The notes beneath the pieces are model-generated. The model saw only the letters and a list, made by a program, of their open reading frames with translations, did not search any database and was not told the origin of the DNA. Source: Azolla caroliniana (Eukaryota > Plantae > Polypodiophyta). Taken from it: a DNA stretch of 64,000 bases. Below, in pieces: positions 11,101 to 25,400 of the stretch (its first letter is position 1; each line of letters begins with the position of its first letter). The DNA lies in NCBI GenBank assembly GCA_043228905.1, contig JBHGNT010000009.1:434001-498000 (forward strand), written 5' to 3'. The translations under genes and the position numbers were made by a program.

Positions 11101-12703
11101 ATGTACTTCTTCATGTTCTCATCTCTGCGACTCGCGGCACCACTGTGTGGTCGGTCGCCGATCCCTGATCCGGTCACTTCGCGACGCGAGGTCTGGGCTC
11201 GGGGGCGTGGATCGTAATTTCGGTTGGCTTGGGACACTGTATGTCTCTTCACACGCGGACACGGATACATCCTGTCGATACCAGTTGAGTCGGCATTCAC
11301 ATTTCTACCCAAAGTGTCACATCTCCCACACTCACATGTCACCACCAGAGGTGCATGTCTCGGTTGGTGGCGGTGGTGGTCACAAGGGGATGCGAGCGCG
11401 GGTTCACGAGGGCTGCCGCGGTCGCCAATGTCCGGCGCCACATTTGTGGGCAGGCCGATATCATGTGGGGTGCGGCATGAGGACGGGTCGGTGGAATGCT
11501 CCCCGTACATATCGAGGGGTGAGACATTGGTCGGGGTATCGGGTATCACGTGATGCCCGTGGCTAGCTAGTGGACTCGGGTGACACTCCTCCGCCTTGTG
11601 CGTGGGCATGGGAGCGGGAGCGGGATTGGGCGGGAGCGGCTCGTGTGGTGGCCGGACGGCATTTTGCATCCGTAATTCGGATTCGAGAAGAGAGAAGAGC
11701 AGGTTGCAATGATGATTTGGTGCCGGCTTCTCCTCGAGTGGATGAGGTATAAGGTGTATGTAGTAGTTGTTGGGTGAATGCTGCACATCTTCAGATTCAT
11801 ATGAGTCATGATGATTGTGATGAGTTATTGGAGAAGGTGGGGCTGTCAGGCTTCTTCTCCAGGACCTACTTCTGCTACTACTTACTACAGATGGATGCAG
11901 GTCATTGGAGCCGCTTATATCATAATAGCTTGATGATGAGGTGATTAAAGATCCATCACTATGGTTAGGGTTAGGGTTAGGGTTAGGGTTAGGGTTAGGG
12001 TTAGGGCTCATCTGATTATGGTTGATATGAGTGTTTAAGGTGGAGCTGATCAGATTGTCCCACTGGCTTGCAGCTGAATTAAGCACCCCGTGAGCCGCTG
12101 CATCCTCCCCCTCGCGAAGATTGGCTCCCAGTAGTATATTGGCAGCATTTAGGGGAACTATCTCTTGGAACCTGCAGTAGATTAGCATTAAAGCTTTTAA
12201 TTCATTTTAGTGGCCAAAAACATATATGTAATCTAGTTCACCCTTAGAATCCAAATTTGACACTTTCGTTTTTTTTAATGAAATGAACTGGACTGAATTG
12301 TCAGTCAAATTAGATGGATCGATTTACCCAATTACATAGAGGTCTGCTTTCTCTGCCTGATTCGTGTTCTGGTTGATCCATTCATTCATCATGTCCCATG
12401 GCGCTTCTTCATTCTGGGGATGATGAGGGGGAGGCTTCAATCCACCCACATTCCAAGTGCCCACAAATACTCTGAATTTCCATTGGCATACACACATTTA
12501 TATATTATAGACAGAAAGACACAGTCTCTGTATTGAAACGGTGATGGAGATGGAGATGGAGATCAGAAGTACCTTATTTGTTGTATATCTACACTGCTGC
12601 TGTTATTTATGAAGGATGCGTGAGGAGGAGGAGGAGGAGGAGGAGGAGGAGGATGGCCGTATGGATCAATGGCTTCTTCTTCTTCTTCTTCGTTGTTGTC
12701 CAT
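8190..12703 (-). CDS. Type I inositol polyphosphate 5-phosphatase (IP5P/CVP2-like), 7 exons, ~762 aa
   Basis: Exons 12703-12573, 12471-12328, 12171-10971, 10590-10337, 10169-10061, 9149-8995 and 8484-8190, all GT-AG, total 2289 nt in frame. Motifs [90 protein letters not shown]. The start codon is inferred. Confidence 0.92.
10756..10883. mobile_element. hAT-type MITE in intron 3 of the 5-phosphatase gene
   Basis: Perfect 16-bp TIR TAACAATCGGCAACGG/CCGTTGCCGATTGTTA; perfect 8-bp TSD ATAGGTAC at 10748-10755 and 10884-10891; internal AAACCG/CGGTTT subterminal motifs. Confidence 0.9.
11965..12006 (+). repeat. (TTAGGG)7 inside a coding exon, encoding (Pro-Asn)7 on the minus strand
   Basis: Seven perfect hexamers; the exon 3 translation reads [18 protein letters not shown]. 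Confidence 0.95.
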
Positions 12704-14789
12704 AACCGATCTGCTCTTCTGAACCCTGCAATATCTCTTTGTGGCTTCCCACAGTAAAGAGGACCTGATCTGCACCAAGAGTGCATTATATCAGAATATG
12801 AGCTCCTTATGGAGGTAGAAAAATCTGGTGTGAGCTGAATGAATTCGACACAAATAAATCTGTGTTTAAACATGAAGATCAACAATTTTACATGATTAAT
12901 ATAATCACCTTAGTGCCACTTTTGTGAGGATCAGTCCTCATTCTTTTGGATACAATTAGGAATTAAGCAGAACCGAGAAGACTGGATTGAATCGGATGTT
13001 ATATGCACACGCATGTAATTAAAGATCAGAAAACGCATGAGATTAAGAAGGGATTAATTGAGGGGGTGCTAAAACTACTGACATTAACTAACCATTACTA
13101 TGGATGAAGAGGAGGAGCAGAGCAGAGTAATTACAACTCATCTCTGAATGACCACATACATAATGCATGTATATATGCATGTGTGTGTGTGTAAAGGAGA
13201 CATTACACACACATCAAATCATTTCATTTCATTTCATTGTCTGTCTTTTGAGAAATATTATAGAAGAGGGGAAAGAGAGTATTATGGCAAATCATTTGTG
13301 TTGGGGTTTGCACATACATACATACATACAATACAATACAATACATACATGATACATACATACAACATACACACACACACATACATACATAGCATATAAT
13401 ATATATGTTATATGTTATATATATCTATGTAGTTGTAACTCGTAGTGTGCCTGGCTATCTATGATAAGTGATGTCCTTTACCCAATTATACTTGTTACCC
13501 ATTCATTACATTGGTCACTTATGTGTCCCAACAAGAAATGATAACCTCTCTCTATCTCTCTATGTATATGTATATTTGTCATCATCACCATTGATGGATG
13601 GTTTCCTAGAAACACTTACAAGCAAGCATGTGCCTTGGTAGTGTCTCCTATGCCCCCCATAAGTGCCAATATTGGAGAACACCCACTTATGACTCCTCCA
13701 TAGGTTTCATAGTGCACAAAAGTATTGTGTAACTTTTCTGTAAAACTTCTGGAGTTGTCATGCTCATAGAAAAACCAACAAGACAAATGTAACAATTCCA
13801 TCTCCCTTTGTCATATGTTCTCACTTGTGTTTTTCTTTTCTAAACACCAATGTGACATGTTTATTCTTCTTCAAAAGAGCAGAACATATGCTTGAGAGGC
13901 TGGCAAAATTTTGGGCATGTAAAAGGTTAGCGGGTTGTATATCTCGTTTGTCATAAGTTCAAATCCTATGTAGCATGTGATTCAAAATATGTAGGGGTTG
14001 CCTCTCACCATGTGTGAAGCTCACCTTACCATTATATATGCCAATATGGCATGAGGTGGTCTTGTGATGACCTCTAAGGACATGTCTATGTACAAAGTTT
14101 GTTAGTTACTTAGGAGGTTGACTGCAACATTTGTGGAAACAACAAAAAAGCAAGGGTATTTTAGACATATTTTGGTAATGCCTATGCTTGCAACTACCAC
14201 GATATCTGCATATATACATATTGGTGCTTTTTGCCTATATGAACCCATTTAACGGTTTATAAGAACATTGTAACCATGCCCAAGCGAGGAAATCTCCTTC
14301 TTGCTATCATGGTGTCTATGTTTGCCTCGACACTTGATGCTTGACATTGCGCACTATATGGAAAACCATTGGACAGGTGTTGTGTCTTCAAACACTGATT
14401 ACAATTTACAAATGACAAAACTTTTGCGTGTTGGTTGATTATTCAATCTTGTTGTTGATTAATTAATTGCATCGAGACTCATGCCAACTTATTTACAAGA
14501 TAAGAATTTTGATATTGGAGAATAATCGTGAGGATGTTCTTTCAGAAATCCGCCTTCTTTTCTCATAATTGTAATTTCAAGACAAAGACGGTTAGGAATG
14601 ATAATATAATACATGGATATTTGTTCTCGTGATTATTTTGTTATTAAAGAAATGGTCATCCATGAGAGAAAAACTCATGAGATTATAGGTACACGAACAT
14701 GAGTTGGTGAGGTTTGACAACATGCATGGAAATGACAATAGAGAAAGAAAGAAAGAAATATCGATGTCTTCTAAGACCAAATTTGGCCC

Positions 14790-14825
<36 letters not shown>

Positions 14826-16336
14826 AGAAGTTCAAGTCCCCACAATCACAAATGGTGCTGATTACATCACATCAAAAAGCTTCAAAACTTTGCTACACAC
14901 ATGGTATATAAAGTGAAGGGCATAAAGAACAACTTAAAAGCCTCTAATGGTTGACCTTGAGTATCGACCTTTAAAGAGAGGAGTCCAATTGAGTGTTACA
15001 TTTGCAAAGCTATGTTAACATAAATATTTTAAAGGTTTGAAAATAGGGGCATCTACATTAACGAAAAGACGGCTTGGAAAGTAATCATTGTAGTAGGATG
15101 ATGAAGGACATATAAACAAGTAGTACTCTATAAGACAAAATGCACATTACAAGGTTCTTATGGACCACATCATATGTATAGAACATATGTATTTTGATAT
15201 TATTATAATGCACACACTTTGCACTTACATTTGAGATTTGTGAGAAATATCATGTTGTCATTAATCATATGTATTGTTTGGTGGGGGAAGCTAAGGGTGT
15301 GTAGATTTAACCAAAACCCGTTCATTAAGAAGCTTCCAATTCTTTGTTAGAGGATAATAGAACCCCAAAGATTTCTCAACTCGGAGTTATGATGTGAAAG
15401 CTACAGCCTACAACCTTCTCTCTAAAAATAAGCTCCTAAAATCACCAACAATGGAACTTAGCCTTTTTCTTATTTATTGAGAGAGAATCATTTTGAAATT
15501 TTAAATGCTCAAAAGTTTGAGATAGAGCCTGAATTCAGCCTAATGGTTCTTCATTGAGTTGACAATTGATGGGGAATACAAACTATAGTTGATAGAGATC
15601 TAATAATATAGAACACAAATTTAGTGAATGTTTTGGCAACATCGTGGACCAAAGAAAAGTGTAGCCAGTGACAAACATTGATCAAGAATGTTGGGGTATG
15701 TCTTCCATGTTCCCTTCACGTGAAGTGATCAAATACATACTTGTAGGTAACAATAAGTGACTATATTCAATAACTCACCATTGTTCATATGATATAGTCT
15801 CCTTTTAACTAGTTCCATTAACACTAGTGGATGCATTACCCAACAAATGCATGTCAATGTGGTCAACTTTCAAGGTTTAGCAGTAAGGTAGGGCTACCAT
15901 CTAGTAAATGGTCAATCCTTTGTTCATGAACTTTGTATTAAGTGAGAATGAAGAGCAAGTTATAAATCATCAATATTTGTTCAAATATTTGTTTTGTAAG
16001 TGAGGGGTTGATGATGTGTAGGTAAATATTTGGATATATGAGTAATTTAAATATCTACTTGTTACAGATATTTAGAACTGAGTGATTTAAATTCTCACAA
16101 ATATTATCAACAAAGCTAAGGCTACAAGAAGATTCCTAGGGACAAAATTTTGATCACGAGCCTACACGATAGCATTGTTAGGAATATAGCCATCCTAGCA
16201 TATGCACTGCTATATATAGAGGATGATAATAGGAATTCATTTATGCTTAAAGAAACTTAGGTGGCAACCACAACCAAGCTCTAGTTTGTGGCCAAAAGTC
16301 CTTTGACTTGGGAGTGGTCCATCATCAAGCATCAAT

Positions 16337-16745
16337 GTGAGGTTCAACATGTTTTTCTTGATAGGCTAAGGCTACCTTCCATTGGAGGGGGGAGAGAGTC
16401 TTAATCACGCATATCCTTAAATTTTGCCAAAGCTCTCCCTTAGCTAATGCAGGTTCATTGTGGTCATTGAAGATATACTCTCTCCCTTATCTAATGCATG
16501 TCCCTAAACTCTATGAGGTGGAGCCTCGACAAGTCTCAAGTGAGGTTCAACAAGTTTCTTGATAGGTTAGGGCTACTATCCATTGGAGGAGCAAACATTT
16601 GTTAACACATATCCTTAAAGGCGGCCCTAATGCATTTACCTAATCTCTATGAGGTGGAGCCTCATCTGACCCTTGAGTGAGGTTCAACTAGTTTCTTGAT
16701 AGGCTAGGGATACGTTTCATTGGAGGGACAACCCTTCATTAACAC
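16337..16745. repeat. Degenerate direct repeats (3 copies of GTGAGGTTCAAC...TTGATAGG.TA.GG.TAC...CCATTGGAGG)
   Basis: Copies start near 16337, 16541 and 16677. Confidence 0.7.
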
Positions 16746-16869
16746 ATGACACTAAAGTCTACCTATCCTCTAACGGGCAAATCACGTAAAAAAAGGGTGT
16801 AGGATTGACCATTGTTGTCATTGAAGGCATACTTAATACATTGACAAAAACCTCTTTGGATGCATTGTG

Positions 16870-17078
16870 GACAACAATGAATATCTTCTGCAAGAAGTTT
16901 GAAAAGAGTCGATGAGAAGGAAGAGTGGGAATAGGATCTCTTGTTGCATTCGTGTGTAAGACTAAGGGAGTGACAACAATGAATATCTTCTGCAAGAAGT
17001 TTGAAAAGAGTCGATGAGAAGGAAGAGTGGGAATAGGATCTCTTGTTGCATTCGTGTGTAAGACTAAGGGAGTGACAA
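16870..17078. repeat. Perfect 102-bp tandem duplication
   Basis: GACAA recurs at 16870, 16972 and 17074 with identical sequence in between. Confidence 0.9.
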
Positions 17079-17135
17079 TGAGTAAAAGATGGCATTTGTG
17101 GTTGTGCAATCCAAGAAAGTAAGAGGGACAAGAGG

Positions 17136-17189
<54 letters not shown>

Positions 17190-17486
17190 TTTCACAAACC
17201 GACACCTTAAGGTGGCATTAGCCGATATACGGCACTAACTAACAACCCAACGTTGGGAGTTTCATCGTTGAAACATACCTATATAAAGTGGATTTTCAGT
17301 CAAATATTTTGATATATTACGATGGTTCTTTCAAAATGTTAGTATGTTTCACCTAAAATGTGAATGTGATATATGTGACTAGTTAACACTAAACATCTTC
17401 AAAAAATCAATCATGCCGATGTTTTCTTGACCACTAGATTTGTCAATGATATTGTCTCGTCATTCTTTTGCTTATTATATATGATG

Positions 17487-17557
<71 letters not shown>

Positions 17558-20500
17558 ATGTGAGTGTGGGTGCACACATATTCAAAACACAAATGTGTGT
17601 ATGCGTGTTTCTCGCAAAGGATCACGAAAGAAACAAATGCGGATACTCATGCACAGACAAAATGCCACATTAGTTTATCTGTGTTTGGATATGTCTCAAT
17701 GCACGCACACATACACACACATAAATATATATTGCAGGTATGCCTAGGTGGCATATAGATGTAGAATGTACACTAAGCATTCCTCTCTTTATTTTGATGT
17801 ATACTTAATATGTAGTATATTGCATAATCCAAGTTTGTTGTGCAAATTTAGTAGAGCAAGATCCACGCTAAATTCCTTGGAAAAATCTAATGTCAATGAT
17901 TAGCATATTCAATCAAAACTTCATTTGATTCTGAATTCATTCACTATTACACAGTACGAGATATGTTTGTGTTTTTGTATTGTTAAATATAATAATTCTT
18001 ATAATCTACAACTCATCAACTTATTTATCGTAAAAATATACCACATATAATTGATCTTGCCCTATAGCTAGACATCTTTTTCTTATAGTTTGAGATGCTT
18101 GTCTACGATCACATCTATAAAATGGAGTTCCCGTTATAAACTGCCTTTCGCATTGTAACAAATTGTATATTGTTTGTGGATGTATTATACATCGACCATG
18201 CATACAAATATATTACGTGTCAAAGTTGTCTAGTGCATTTACAAGTATTTTTTTCCCATATCAATATTATATAATGTCTTTATTGGACTACATATGACTA
18301 ATTTGTGTATGATATAAGAATCACAATTAAAAAGGATTGAGTATTGCCTTTGGATCATTGATCAATTGTCAGAGAACTAGAATAAACATATAATAAAACT
18401 ATATGTGTACATGTGAGTGACCTATATTATCGTATACTAATTGTCTTGTTGTGATGCATCTTGTAAATTACATATATTATTATTGTTCTAAAATGTTTTA
18501 TTGTATTGTTCCATGTAGGGATCACTTTCTCAGTGTAACAATGACGACATGTTTCCTACCCACTCATAACTAAGCACCATATCACAATATTAACATAATC
18601 GAGCATATTAAATAACTAAAGAGAGAGTGAAAACACAAGAGTGCACAAAGAGAAATATTGGGTCATAATAGTTTCACCTTAGTTGTGAGCCCTCATGTAT
18701 ATGTGTATTTATATGCAATTCTTTCTATGCACCATCGAAATTCATTGAACTTAGACAAATTTGTCACCCATCCAATACAATTTCATTAGGTCAATACAAT
18801 TTTTAAACAAGGTAGTATTGCACAAGTTATAATAGTTCACTACAAACAAAATCTATCAACTCAATGTATAATTACACCCATGTCACAAAAATAAATGTTT
18901 TCAATATATAAAAATCTCCATAATTCCAGGATGCTCCTTTAATGAAAGCACAATTATGCTCATTTGAGATCTAATGGTACCAAAACACCACATCGACTAC
19001 GACTTTGTCAAGGTCAAATACAAATCCACCATGAAGCTAACTCGATCTATATTGGATGTCTGTGATACGAGGTTGATGATGTTACTTATGTAAAACTCAC
19101 TCAATGTATGACTCTAATAGGATTCAAACACATGCATTACAGGTTTGATTTCTTAAATATATATGGGACATGTTCTCGGGTATATCCAAAAAACCCATAA
19201 ATATATTTTTCCTAGATATTTTGTGGTCAAGTACATATATGTATGTGGGCAACTTATGATCTATTGTTAAGGCTGAACAGCAATTTGATTGTAATTAGTA
19301 AATTTTGGAATAAATATTCAAACATATATCCAAGTGTTCCTAGCAATCCTCGCAAACATCATATTGGCATCAATCTTTTAGGCAATAACATATATTCTAG
19401 CACTCTACTCTACAATAGCACAATAGCACTTCTAAAAAACCCTTGAATTATGCATGTAGGTGGTTACAAGGCAAGACAAAGTAGTTGACAAAGTCATATT
19501 AAGATAAACCCTTTGTCGTGCATGGTGTCATGAGTATTCAATATTAAGGGATTATATACCCTAATCATCCCAGTCGTGTTCGATGAAAGTTAAACTAGAT
19601 TTGTTACAACTTACAATGTTAGAATATATACATGATTCCCAAATTATATATAGGCCACAGTCTTAGGTGCATTTAAAAACATCACAAACATAATCTATCA
19701 TTTCAAGATAGGGTTTAGGGTTGAATATATGTATTCGGCCAACCATGATCTATTATTGAGGGTGAAAGTTAATTAGATTTTATTCTATGATATCTTGAAT
19801 GGACGTTGATCTTCAAATTTGTGCCCAAATATTTGGTAACAACACTTTGGAAGCACATACATAGTCATCAATTTGATATGCACGACTAATGGTAACGAAA
19901 CTCATAAAGCTCGTATATATATATATTCTTGATGTGTGCACAGGCACACACATTGCTATATCCTTGGTTATGAATTATAGTAAAAGTTAATAGATAGTAG
20001 CCACAAAATCACATGCAAACTATGGTATTCCTTACTCGTATCGTTTATGTAAGACCATTAGTTAACATAATAAATGGGAGTGTGTGTTTATATATTAAGT
20101 ATAATTTAAACAAAACTTTGAGCAATCTCAATGAAAGATACACTAAATATAATAAGACTATATACATTGACGGTATACTATTTCTAGATATATACATATG
20201 TAGTTTATTATCGTATGGAGGAATTATATAGCCCAGTAGTGCTCACTTAAAGATAATATGGTACATGTCTTACAATTGACCAAACCAAAATACATAAGAT
20301 TTCTGAAATATATATATATATATAGGTGCAGGCTACAATCTTAGGCATGACTAAAGAAACCTGTTATATAAGTGTGTTATTTATGGATAGTTGAGGATAT
20401 ATATGGGTACACTATGATTCAAGACTAAGGCAATAAATGAAACTATCTAGTCTTAAATAGTTATGCGTGCATCTAAATGATGGTAACAACCCTCGCAAAC

Positions 20501-21135
20501 ATCATATCATGAATCTTTTACACATGATCCCATACTCTAGAACGTGAATATGCTATGAAGCATAGCAAGTAGAAGCCTATAAATTAACCTCAATTTACGC
20601 ATGTCCATGACATGCGGATTGAGATACAACGTAAGACAAGGGGAGAACTAAAATCTCACATCAATGTTACAAACAAGGGGAGAACTAAAATGAGAGTATG
20701 GAAACGCAATGGTGGCCATGTAGCGAAATGGAGGGATCGATTTGTGGCGATGATATTTTGAACAACTAAACCACACAAGCATGATAAGATTTGGGATCGA
20801 GACTTTTGGGTTTGAAGTCTTAACATACATATTTGTGGCACAACATGGAATGTTTGTTCTTGATCCTTTTGTTAAGCACGGTGTTATGAATATTCTATAT
20901 AGAGTGGATTATATAGCTTCACATGCTAAATAGTGGTGCACCATAAGTTATACAATTGACCGCACTAGAATAAATACAAATTCTGAATGATGGTTATTGT
21001 ATCACCTTACATGATACATTAGCACCGTGCATGATAGCCAGGTGGTGAACATGAATAGATGAACAAGTGGTGCACGAGGGCTACGTGGTGATCATTTAGA
21101 GAGTGAGGAATATTATATACATGGAAGTCCCAATC

Positions 21136-21790
21136 TTGCAAACATTGTTTCATTTCAACACTAATATTTGGACAACACATTTGAAATCACTTGTGTACTC
21201 TTTTGCCTTCTTTGACAATTTGTATATTTTTCTTCTTTTCCAATTTAATATTGTTTTTGTTAAGCCTTGACAAATTGAACCATGAACCCTATTGTTCACG
21301 AGGAATTTCATTGTTGTTGGGACACCAATTTAGAGATATTTAAAGTTTTGCACCCTTGTAGTACTTAGAAGTGGGGTGGTTTCTTTGCTAGTAGGACCAA
21401 TGAGGGTCTTGACACATGGTCTTTATATACCTTCAATTCCATAATATCTCGAGGATGCAATGAAACACTTTTGAGGTATACACCCGATGTTGCAAACCTT
21501 GTTCAATTTCAACACTAATCTTTGGGCAACATGTTCGAAAGCACATCATGTACTCTTGCTCTTTCTTTCACAAATTGAAAATTCTTTCCGTCCTTTTCCA
21601 ATTTAATATAATCTCTTTGTGCCTTGACAAACAGAACTGTGATTCCTTTTGTTCGCAAGGAATTGCTTCGTTGTTGGGACACCAATCCTCATACTATTTA
21701 GAGCCTTGCACCCCATGTTCTCCCTCGTATAAGTATGTAGAGGTGGGGTAGTTTCTTTCTACGTAGGACCAACAAGGGTAGACTTGACAA
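21136..21790. repeat. Old ~354-bp tandem duplication
   Basis: TTGCAAAC.TTGTT...TTTCAACACTAAT at 21136 and 21490, with downstream GTTGGGACACCAAT and TAGGACCAA motifs in both copies. Confidence 0.7.
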
Positions 21791-22426
21791 AATATCAGCT
21801 AATAGAAATATTTGTCCATCGATCGAGTATTTTAGAATAGCCCCTATTGAACATCCGGATGCACACGTACATGACATGGGCATCATTCAATTCCATTATA
21901 TCTCAAGAATGCACGAAACACGACAAAGTTATACAACCCCATGATCTATATTGATGTCACCTTTCGAAAGACTTGCGAGAGGCTAGTCAGATCGGATAGA
22001 ATCCATGGTGGACATCGGATCGGCTCAAGCCTTTGCATGTGGCACATTCATTCTTTCCCCATGCTTGCCCAAACCGGAAGACGATGGCCGGACGTTCCGT
22101 TCCGTCCACGAATGATTCCGTGACACGAGATTCGTTTCACACTAGGCCGCCCAAAGCGGCCCATTGTGGTTCCCTTCATTTTTTCACACTCCCAAGGAAT
22201 GAACCAACCCTACACACAATCACATACATATGTACATATTTCCCGCTTCTTCTTCTTCATCGAACTCCAACAAACAAACAAACAGCTCTTCTCTTCTCTT
22301 CTTTTCTGTATTTTCCCCTGTTTCCCTCCCCTGGGCTGCAATCTATCAAGAAGAAGAAGAAGGACTCCATCGCTACATCGCTCGCGCAGAGCCGACAGGA
22401 GAAGGAAGAAGCGTGAGGAAGGAAAC

Positions 22427-25400
22427 ATGGCGCTGGCCTTCGACGAGTTTGGTCGCCCTTTCATCATCATCAAGGAGCAGGAGCAGAAGTCTCGTGTTCG
22501 TGGCCTGGAAGCTCACAAGGCCAACATCACCGCTGCCAAATCTGTGGCGAGGATCCTCCGGACATCTCTCGGCCCCAAAGGAATGGATAAAATGCTCCAG
22601 AGTCCTGATGGAGATGTCACAATCAGTAAGCGAATGCAACCTTCTCCTTCTCCTTCTCCTTCTTCCTTTTCTGTTTATGTCCTGGTCAATTTCGTTTCTA
22701 CTGCCTCAGTGATCGCCAGTACCATTTTCTTGAGAACTGCTGATTTAAGTTACGTTTGATCTTAGAGATAATGTGGGATCCGTTTTCATGTCAAAAGGAT
22801 ACGTTCGATTCATTTTGAACTTACAGACATTTTGGGTGCTACATTGTGGTATGAGGGTTATATTTGTTTCGTTTGTAAACCAAAAACACGTTTTGCTTAA
22901 CTTTGGCGGTATGGGAACCAATATGTTCTTCGGTGTTTACAAGATTTCAGCATTAAAATGCTAGTTTAGAAATCACATTCATTTTCTGGTATGTTGTCCA
23001 AGAACATGGTAAAAATGTATATATTAAAGTTTCCTGCTTGTCAAAAAATTCACAATTTCTAATCTTTACTGGTGGTCTCCTGTACAATGTGCAAGTGCAT
23101 TTAAGAATCTTTGGTTGGATTACGAGTTCCCTTCAAGACTGGGGTTGCATACATTGCCATCTTCATATTATTGAAAGCATTCTCCTACGTCTCTCCCTAA
23201 TGAAATGAAGCCTTTCCTTTGATCAATTCAGTGAGTGTTGCGGCAATGTGGCTGAAATGGTGTATGAGCTTCTTCATATATTGCACAAACCCCATGAATT
23301 GCTGCACTTCGCTTACTATGGTGGGTCGTGGCCATTCCCCCATGACCTGAACCTTCTTCAGGTCGTCCTTGATTCCATCTTTCCTGATCACACTTCTCTC
23401 GCTTTGCATATAATTTGAGCAATTATATGGTTAATACGTCCCTCAATTATATGTCCTCTCTGAGAAAAGTGTCTTGAGTTTTTTTTTCCAAGTTCTAATT
23501 GTTCCAGGGAATCTCAGTTGATCTAAAAGTTGACATTGTTATTTTAGTTTTGCTCTCTGCTACTTTCTAATGTGTATGTTTTCTACCCTTTCAGCCAATG
23601 ATGGAGCCACTATATTGGAGCAAATGGATGTGGAGAACCAGATAGGGAAGTTGATGGTAGAGCTATCCAGGAGTCAAGATTATGAGATTGGTGATGGAAC
23701 AACAGGTGTTGTGGTTACAGCAGGCGCATTGCTTGAGCAAGCAGAACTATTGTTGGACAGAGGTATTCATCCTATACGTATTGCGGAAGGCTACGAGATG
23801 GCTTCCAAGATAGCTGTTGAGAATCTCTCCAACATCGCCCAGAAGTTTGAATTCACCTCATTGAATATTGAACCCCTTGTGCAAACCTGCATGACAACAC
23901 TATCCTCAAAAATGTAAATGAAGAGGATATCCTCCTTATTAAGAACATTCATGTCAGTTAGATGAGGGCTCATTAGTTTTTCTGTTTCTGTATGTTGTGA
24001 CAGAGTCAATCGATGTAAGAGAAGACTAGCTGAAATTGCAGTTAAAGCTGTACTATCTGTAGCTGATCTTGAAAGGAAGGATGTAAACCTTGACCTCATT
24101 AAAGTCGAAGGCAAGGTTGGAGGGAAACTTGAAGATACAGAACTAGTGGAGGGAATTGTTGTGGACAAGGATATGAGTCATCCCCAAATGCCAAAAAGTA
24201 TTGAAAATGCAAAGATTGCTATCTTAACCTGCCCCTTTGAGCCTCCAAAGCCAAAAACCAAACATAAGGTGGACATCGACACTGTTGAAAAGTTTGAATC
24301 ATTACGAGAACAGGAGAAGAAGTATTTCGATGATATGGTTCAGCTTTGTAAGGTAAGCTAACATGGAGTTCATAAAGCTGGTAAAGCTAGGCTTTTACTG
24401 GGAACAACTTTGAAATACCCCTAGGTATTTCTTTTTTTCCAAAAATGTCCTTCCTTTTTTTGTTATTTTCTCAAATTCACTTGGCAACCCCATTTTGATC
24501 AATAATATGGTCAATTCTTTTGGGAGTTTCACAGGGATATTTGGGAAAGTATACTGAAACATAGGGCATCCGGAGAGAATAAGAAAATAGTCAGGGGTAT
24601 TTAGAGTGTTTCACCTAAGCTTTTACTGGTGTCAATGAAGCAAAAACCAATCGTTAATCTAGTAGGAATTAAATTTCCTCTGAAGGAAGGAGCAATTTTG
24701 GATGTTTTACTGTTTTAGGATGCTGGTGCTACCTTAGTGATCTGTCAATGGGGGTTTGATGATGAAGCAAATCACTTGTTGATGAACCGAGGGTTGCCTG
24801 CTGTTCGTTGGGTAGGAGGAGTGGAATTGGAACTCATTGCAATTGCTACAGGTGTGTGTCCTTACTTCTTTTCATGTTGTTCCATATGTAGATCTATTCG
24901 CTATTAATTCTTTGCTTTTTCTGACAGCAACAGGCATGCGTTTTTCTTGTTATTGTTAATCCTAATGATAGTTTTGGTGGTTAATAATGATAGGAGGACG
25001 AATTGTTCCGAGGTTTCAGGAACTTACTCCAGATAAACTTGGCAAGGTAAAAATCTCAGTCATACTGCGGACATCTGTGCTTGTAGTTGATGTCTCATTC
25101 TTTTTTTTTTCACTTACTCCTGCCTTCGAAATTAGGCTGGATTGGTGCGAGAGAAATCCTTCGGAACAACCAAGGATCGAATGCTGTACATTGAGCAATG
25201 TGCCAATTCTAAAGCGGTGACTATCTTCATTAGAGGAGGTAAGTGGAGGGATAACATATATCTTTGGAAATCTTCTAATAATCTTGGTACATTGCAATTC
25301 TCTTTTTGTTGGGCACGTCCATGTAGGTTATAGTTGCTGTTTATTTTCAACATGGCATTGTGTGTTTTATGTTGAGGTGTCAAATATTATTCATATTTGT

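Noticed and set aside
16759-17758. ORFs with LSLSLS/ERERER/YIYIYI runs or internal repeats
   Set aside because: Products of microsatellites and the 102-bp duplication.
19200-21000. Dispersed degenerate repeats in the AT-rich spacer
   Set aside because: Similar words recur (e.g. CCTCGCAAACATCATAT), but boundaries and element class could not be defined.
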